Below are positions 59,172-64,000 of a stretch of 64,000 nucleotides of DNA, piece by piece. Under the pieces are notes generated by a model, which saw nothing but the letters and a program-made list of their open reading frames with translations, ran no database searches and was not told the origin of the DNA. Both the position numbers and the translations under genes were made by a program. Source of the stretch: Planctomycetota bacterium (lineage in GTDB: Bacteria; Planctomycetota; SZUA-567; H5-PLA8); contig JBBRPR010000015.1 of NCBI GenBank assembly GCA_038227875.1, positions 32,001-96,000 on the forward strand, in the 5' to 3' direction. How positions within the stretch are numbered: the first letter of the stretch is position 1; each line of letters begins with the position of its first letter.

Positions 59172-59406
59172 TTTGCTTCCGCGACGCAATGCATCAACGC
59201 GGAATTGGATGGAAGGACAGTGGCGAGACGGCAAAAGAACGCAACGCGCTTTGCCGCGCGAAGTACTCTCGGCATCCAGTAGCTTGCGACTGGGATGCGG
59301 AGGGGGCTTTGTCCAAAATGGGACAAAGCTTTTGTCATTTTAACATCGATCCACTTGCGGACTCGTCGGGAAAACGGCGCAGACTGTAGAAAACAGGAGA
59401 GCAGAG

Positions 59407-60627
<1,221 letters not shown>

Positions 60628-60702
60628 ACACCAACGGTGTGCGGAGTCCGGATCAATCCGGACTCCGCGCCAACCGTGCAGAACAGATGAACGGACAGGA
60701 CG

Positions 60703-60852
60703 ATGAGAGAAGCGATTATTCTGGAATGTTCCGAGTGCAAAGGTCGTAACTACATGACCACTCTGGACACGCGCGGCGGCAAGAAGCTGGAACTGAAGAA
60801 GTACTGCAAGCGCTGCTGCAAACACCAGCCGCACAAGTCGCGCAAGACCTGA
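60703..60852 (+). CDS. rpmG: 50S ribosomal protein L33 (Zn-ribbon form)
   Basis: Manual translation MREAIILECSECKGRNYMTT...KLELKKYCKRCCKHQPHK; below the ORF-track cutoff. Confidence 0.95.
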   Translation: MREAIILECSECKGRNYMTTLDTRGGKKLELKKYCKRCCKHQPHKSRKT

Positions 60853-61019
60853 GGCGCCTGCTGTTGCTGGGTAGGTTGTAGATGTACAATTTTGGAAATT
60901 GTTTTTGGATTCTGGCCGGGAGTCGGTAAGCTTTACGTCCGTTTTGAGTTGGAATGATGCGGACGCTGTAAAGCTCATCTGAATTTTCGGACTTCCCGGA
61001 ATGCACACTCAATTCATAC

Positions 61020-61095
61020 AGGAGCGTAGCTCAATTGGCAGAGCAGCCGTCTCCAAAGCGGCAGGTTGGGGGTTCAAGTCCCTCCGCTCCTGCCA
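61020..61095 (+). tRNA. tRNA-Trp(CCA)
   Basis: AGGAGCG/CGCTCCT acceptor stem, CT-CCA-AA loop, GGTTCAAGTCC and CCA end; canonical position before secE. Confidence 0.97.
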
Positions 61096-61167
61096 ATAGC
61101 CGAAGTTAGGCGACGCTACGCAGCGCATTTTGGTATCTTCGAAAAGAGATCTGTGAAAGAAGACAAG

Positions 61168-61743
61168 ATGTCAACAGCCGTTACAGCAGCCGGAACCACC
61201 GGCACCGGTGGCGATGCACGCAAGACATCGCCCTCACCCGACGGGCCTCAGCCGGAAGGCTTCCAGGTCTACAAGCCGGGTGAAGGTTACACCACGCGCA
61301 TCGGAATGATGGGCGTTGTGGCGGCCTACGTCGGCTTCGCGGCCTGGCACTGGTACTACAACTGGGTGTTCGTCCGAGATTTCGTCGACGACATCTTCAC
61401 CGGCATGAATCTGGCCAAGCTCACGCGCTGGATGCTCGATCCGGGTGCGTCGTCGGTGCTGGGCATCGGCGGCACGATCCTGATTGTGGCACTGGGTGCG
61501 CTGTCGGGGTTCTTCCTGATCTACGTCAAGAAGGGCACCGCCGAATACCTGATCAAGACGGACACGGAACTCCACAAGGTCACGTGGCCCAAGATTACGC
61601 CTTGGTTCAAGTCCGACACGCTGGTCTGGGGTTCGACCTACGTGGTGTTGATTGTCGTGGTGGCGATGACCGTGTACGTCTTCGGTGTCGACATGATTTT
61701 GCAGCGAATCAGTCAGTGGCTCTTCTACGGAACGTCCCGTTAG
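61168..61743 (+). CDS. secE: Preprotein translocase subunit SecE (three-TM form)
   Basis: YLIKTDTELHKVTWP motif plus final TM; lies between tRNA-Trp and nusG. Confidence 0.9.
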   Translation: MSTAVTAAGTTGTGGDARKTSPSPDGPQPEGFQVYKPGEGYTTRIGMMGVVAAYVGFAAWHWYYNWVFVRDFVDDIFTGMNLAKLTRWMLDPGASSVLGIGGTILIVALGALSGFFLIYVKKGTAEYLIKTDTELHKVTWPKITPWFKSDTLVWGSTYVVLIVVVAMTVYVFGVDMILQRISQWLFYGTSR

Positions 61744-61806
61744 GCCAGGTCTGAGACAGTTTGGAATGGCCGGATAACCGGCAATCGGCGGGTGTGATTG
61801 ATACGA

Positions 61807-62361
61807 ATGGCCAATAAAGCATGGTACGCGCTGCGGGTGCAGTCGGAGCGGGAAGAAAAGATCAAGGAAAGCCTGGTCGCCCGGATTCGCGCCAAGGGTT
61901 TGGAACAACACGTTTCGCAGATCGTCGTTCCGGCTGAAAACGTGTCGGAAATCAAGGAAGGAAAGAAGCGGGTCTCCCAGCAGAAGATGTTCCCTGGGTA
62001 CATCCTCATCGAGATGGCGCTCAACGATCAGGGCGAGGTTCCGGAAGGAATCTGGTTCGCGGTCATGGAGACGCCGGGGATTAGCGGGTTTGTGAGCCCC
62101 GATCGCCGGAAGCCCGAGCCCCTCGACGAAACGGAAGTGCGGCGCATCCTCAACGACATCGAGTCGCGCAAGGAGAAGCCCAAGCCCAAGGTTGAATTCG
62201 AACCGGGCAACAAGGTTCGCATCAAGGAAGGCCCGTTCGAGAACTTCGACGGCACGGTGGAATCGGTGGATTCGACCAAGTGGATGCTCAAAGTGAAGGT
62301 CTCCATCTTCGGCCGCGATACCTCGGTTGAAATGGAATACGGCAAGGTCGAGAAAATCTAA
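61807..62361 (+). CDS. nusG: Transcription termination/antitermination factor NusG
   Basis: [20 protein letters not shown] motif [13 protein letters not shown] and IFGRDT. Confidence 0.98.
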   Translation: MANKAWYALRVQSEREEKIKESLVARIRAKGLEQHVSQIVVPAENVSEIKEGKKRVSQQKMFPGYILIEMALNDQGEVPEGIWFAVMETPGISGFVSPDRRKPEPLDETEVRRILNDIESRKEKPKPKVEFEPGNKVRIKEGPFENFDGTVESVDSTKWMLKVKVSIFGRDTSVEMEYGKVEKI

Positions 62362-62417
62362 CGACGCCACAGGCAATGCCCGTAAAACCGGGCCAGACAA
62401 GCAAGGGTACGACGGAA

Positions 62418-62846
62418 ATGGCAAAGAAAGAAATCAAGGCGAAGGTCAAGCTGCAGTGTCCCGCGGGCGGCGCCAATCCGGCCCCGCCGGTCGGCCCGGC
62501 GCTTTCGCAGCACGGCGTGAACATCGGCGAATTCGTCAAGCGCTTCAACGGCGACACCGCCAAGCAGAAGGGGATGATCATCCCCGTGATCGTAACGGTT
62601 TATATGGACAAATCGTTCGATCTGATGTACAAGACTCCGCCCGCGAGCGTGTTGCTGTGCAAAGCCGCCGGGATTGAGAAGGGTTCGGGCGAACCGAACA
62701 AGAACAAGGTCGGCAAGGTGACCCGCGCGCAGGTAGCGGAAATCGCCAAGGTAAAGGCCAAGGATTTGAACGCCGCCTCGCCGGAAGCCGCCAGCCGGGT
62801 AATTGAAGGAACGGCTCGCAGCATGGGAATTGAAGTGGTAGGATAA
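62418..62846 (+). CDS. rplK: 50S ribosomal protein L11
   Basis: [17 protein letters not shown] and GTARSMG. Confidence 0.98.
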   Translation: MAKKEIKAKVKLQCPAGGANPAPPVGPALSQHGVNIGEFVKRFNGDTAKQKGMIIPVIVTVYMDKSFDLMYKTPPASVLLCKAAGIEKGSGEPNKNKVGKVTRAQVAEIAKVKAKDLNAASPEAASRVIEGTARSMGIEVVG

Positions 62847-62947
62847 GAAGAAGTTGCGCGACGAGTGATTCGTCGCCTGGACATAAGACAAACGGAGGAG
62901 AGCGGATTGAAATCCGCTCGCTCGAACTCCAGAAAGAGCAAGCCTAA

Positions 62948-63649
62948 ATGCCGCGCAAAACCGGCGTCTCCATTCCGTCGCGTCGTTACCGTGAGTTGGC
63001 TGCCAAAGTCGAACCCACGAAGTCGTACAGCATCGACGATGCAATCGGGATTCTCAAATCCGGCCAGAAGAAGTGCAAATTCGACGAATCTGTCGACCTG
63101 GCCATCAAGCTCGACATCGACACCAAGCAGGCCGATCAACTCGTTCGCGGTTCCTTCTCGCTGCCCAAGGGCACGGGAAAGAGCATGCGCGTGATCTGCT
63201 TCGCCGACGGTGCGATGGCTGAAGCCGCGCGGCAGGCCGGTGCGCTCGAAGCGGGCGGTGAAGACCTCGCCAAGAAAGTGGAAGCTGGCTGGCTCGATTT
63301 CGACGTCGCTGTCGCGCATCCCGCGACCATGCGTTACGTCGGCCGCCTGGGTAAGGTGCTCGGACCGAAAGGCCTGATGCCCAGTCCCAAGTCCGGTACG
63401 GTGACCACCGATGTTGCCAAGGCCGTGCAGGAATTCAAAGCCGGCAAGATCGAGTTCCGCAACGACTCGTTCGGCAATGTTCACGTCACGGTTGGCAAGC
63501 TCAGCTTCAGCAAGGAAGACCTGCAAGTGAACGTGAAGGCGATGTTGGAACACATCATCGCCATCCGCCCGCAGGCGGTGAAGGGCAATTACCTGCGCAA
63601 GGCCTCGCTGACCAGCACGATGGGACCGGGCCTGCGCCTGGCCATGTAA
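62948..63649 (+). CDS. rplA: 50S ribosomal protein L1
   Basis: [28 protein letters not shown] and STMGPG. Confidence 0.98.
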   Translation: MPRKTGVSIPSRRYRELAAKVEPTKSYSIDDAIGILKSGQKKCKFDESVDLAIKLDIDTKQADQLVRGSFSLPKGTGKSMRVICFADGAMAEAARQAGALEAGGEDLAKKVEAGWLDFDVAVAHPATMRYVGRLGKVLGPKGLMPSPKSGTVTTDVAKAVQEFKAGKIEFRNDSFGNVHVTVGKLSFSKEDLQVNVKAMLEHIIAIRPQAVKGNYLRKASLTSTMGPGLRLAM

Positions 63650-63692
63650 CAATTGGATTTTGGATTCGGATTTTGATTCTGGAGTTTTAAAC

Positions 63693-64000
63693 ATGGCCGA
63701 CCGCAGACCGCAAGACAAGAAGCCAAAGGGATCAGGCAATCCCAACCGCATCAACCGCCTGCTCGTGAAGAAGGTGGAAGCGGATTACAGCAAGATGACC
63801 AACATGGTCCTCCTGGTGAACTTGAAGGTCACCAGCGAAGAGAACCAGGAAATCCGCAACACGCTGCGCGAGAGCAAGATCAAGCTGCGCATGGTCCGCA
63901 ACCGCCTCTCAATGAAGGCGTTTTCGGAACTGGGCCTGAAAGACGCGCAGAAGCTGTTCCTCGGACCGACCTGCATCGTCGATGCGGACGATCCGGTGAC
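63693..64000 (+). CDS. rplJ: 50S ribosomal protein L10 (partial, runs off the window)
   Basis: Manual translation ...EIRNTLRESKIKLRMVRNRL...LFLGPT; follows rplA. Confidence 0.9.
   Translation, partial: MADRRPQDKKPKGSGNPNRINRLLVKKVEADYSKMTNMVLLVNLKVTSEENQEIRNTLRESKIKLRMVRNRLSMKAFSELGLKDAQKLFLGPTCIVDADDPV

Noticed and set aside
60641..60668. Hairpin after tuf as a terminator or ncRNA
   Set aside because: Perfect stem but no U-tract, and inside a normally co-transcribed block; function cannot be assigned.

Overview
High-GC bacterial chromosomal segment. A Planctomycetota-like host is inferred from the membrane-anchored ECF sigma factor, PQQ-type propellers, a multi-ExbD cluster and a three-TM SecE; kdsA indicates a diderm LPS envelope. 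Housekeeping genes include ligA, fbp (class III), folC, kdsA, nth, mobA, accBC and the tRNA-Thr-tuf-rpmG-tRNA-Trp-secE-nusG-rplKAJ block. Accessory content includes an exbB plus four exbD cluster, secreted hydrolases, GntR/LacI hybrid regulators, an AT-rich SUFU immunity islet with a nuclease-toxin remnant, and an Rrf2-YezD-porin-sbp-cysTWA sulfate cluster. Three observations stand out. (1) Four unrelated secreted proteins (trypsin-like protease, GH113, S8/S53 peptidase, and a non-catalytic protein) end in the same PKD plus ~135-190 aa C-terminal domain with a position-fixed terminal motif, a candidate lineage-specific sorting or surface-anchoring signal. (2) The family member inside the sulfate cluster has no Met or Cys in its mature chain. 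(3) A co-varying RNA hairpin (stem-GA-stem-loop-stem-A-stem) recurs in the intergenic regions of the sulfate cluster. Several REP/MITE-like and heptamer repeat families are also present. No CRISPR, rRNA, transposase or prophage was seen. All family calls rest on motif recognition by eye, without database searches.
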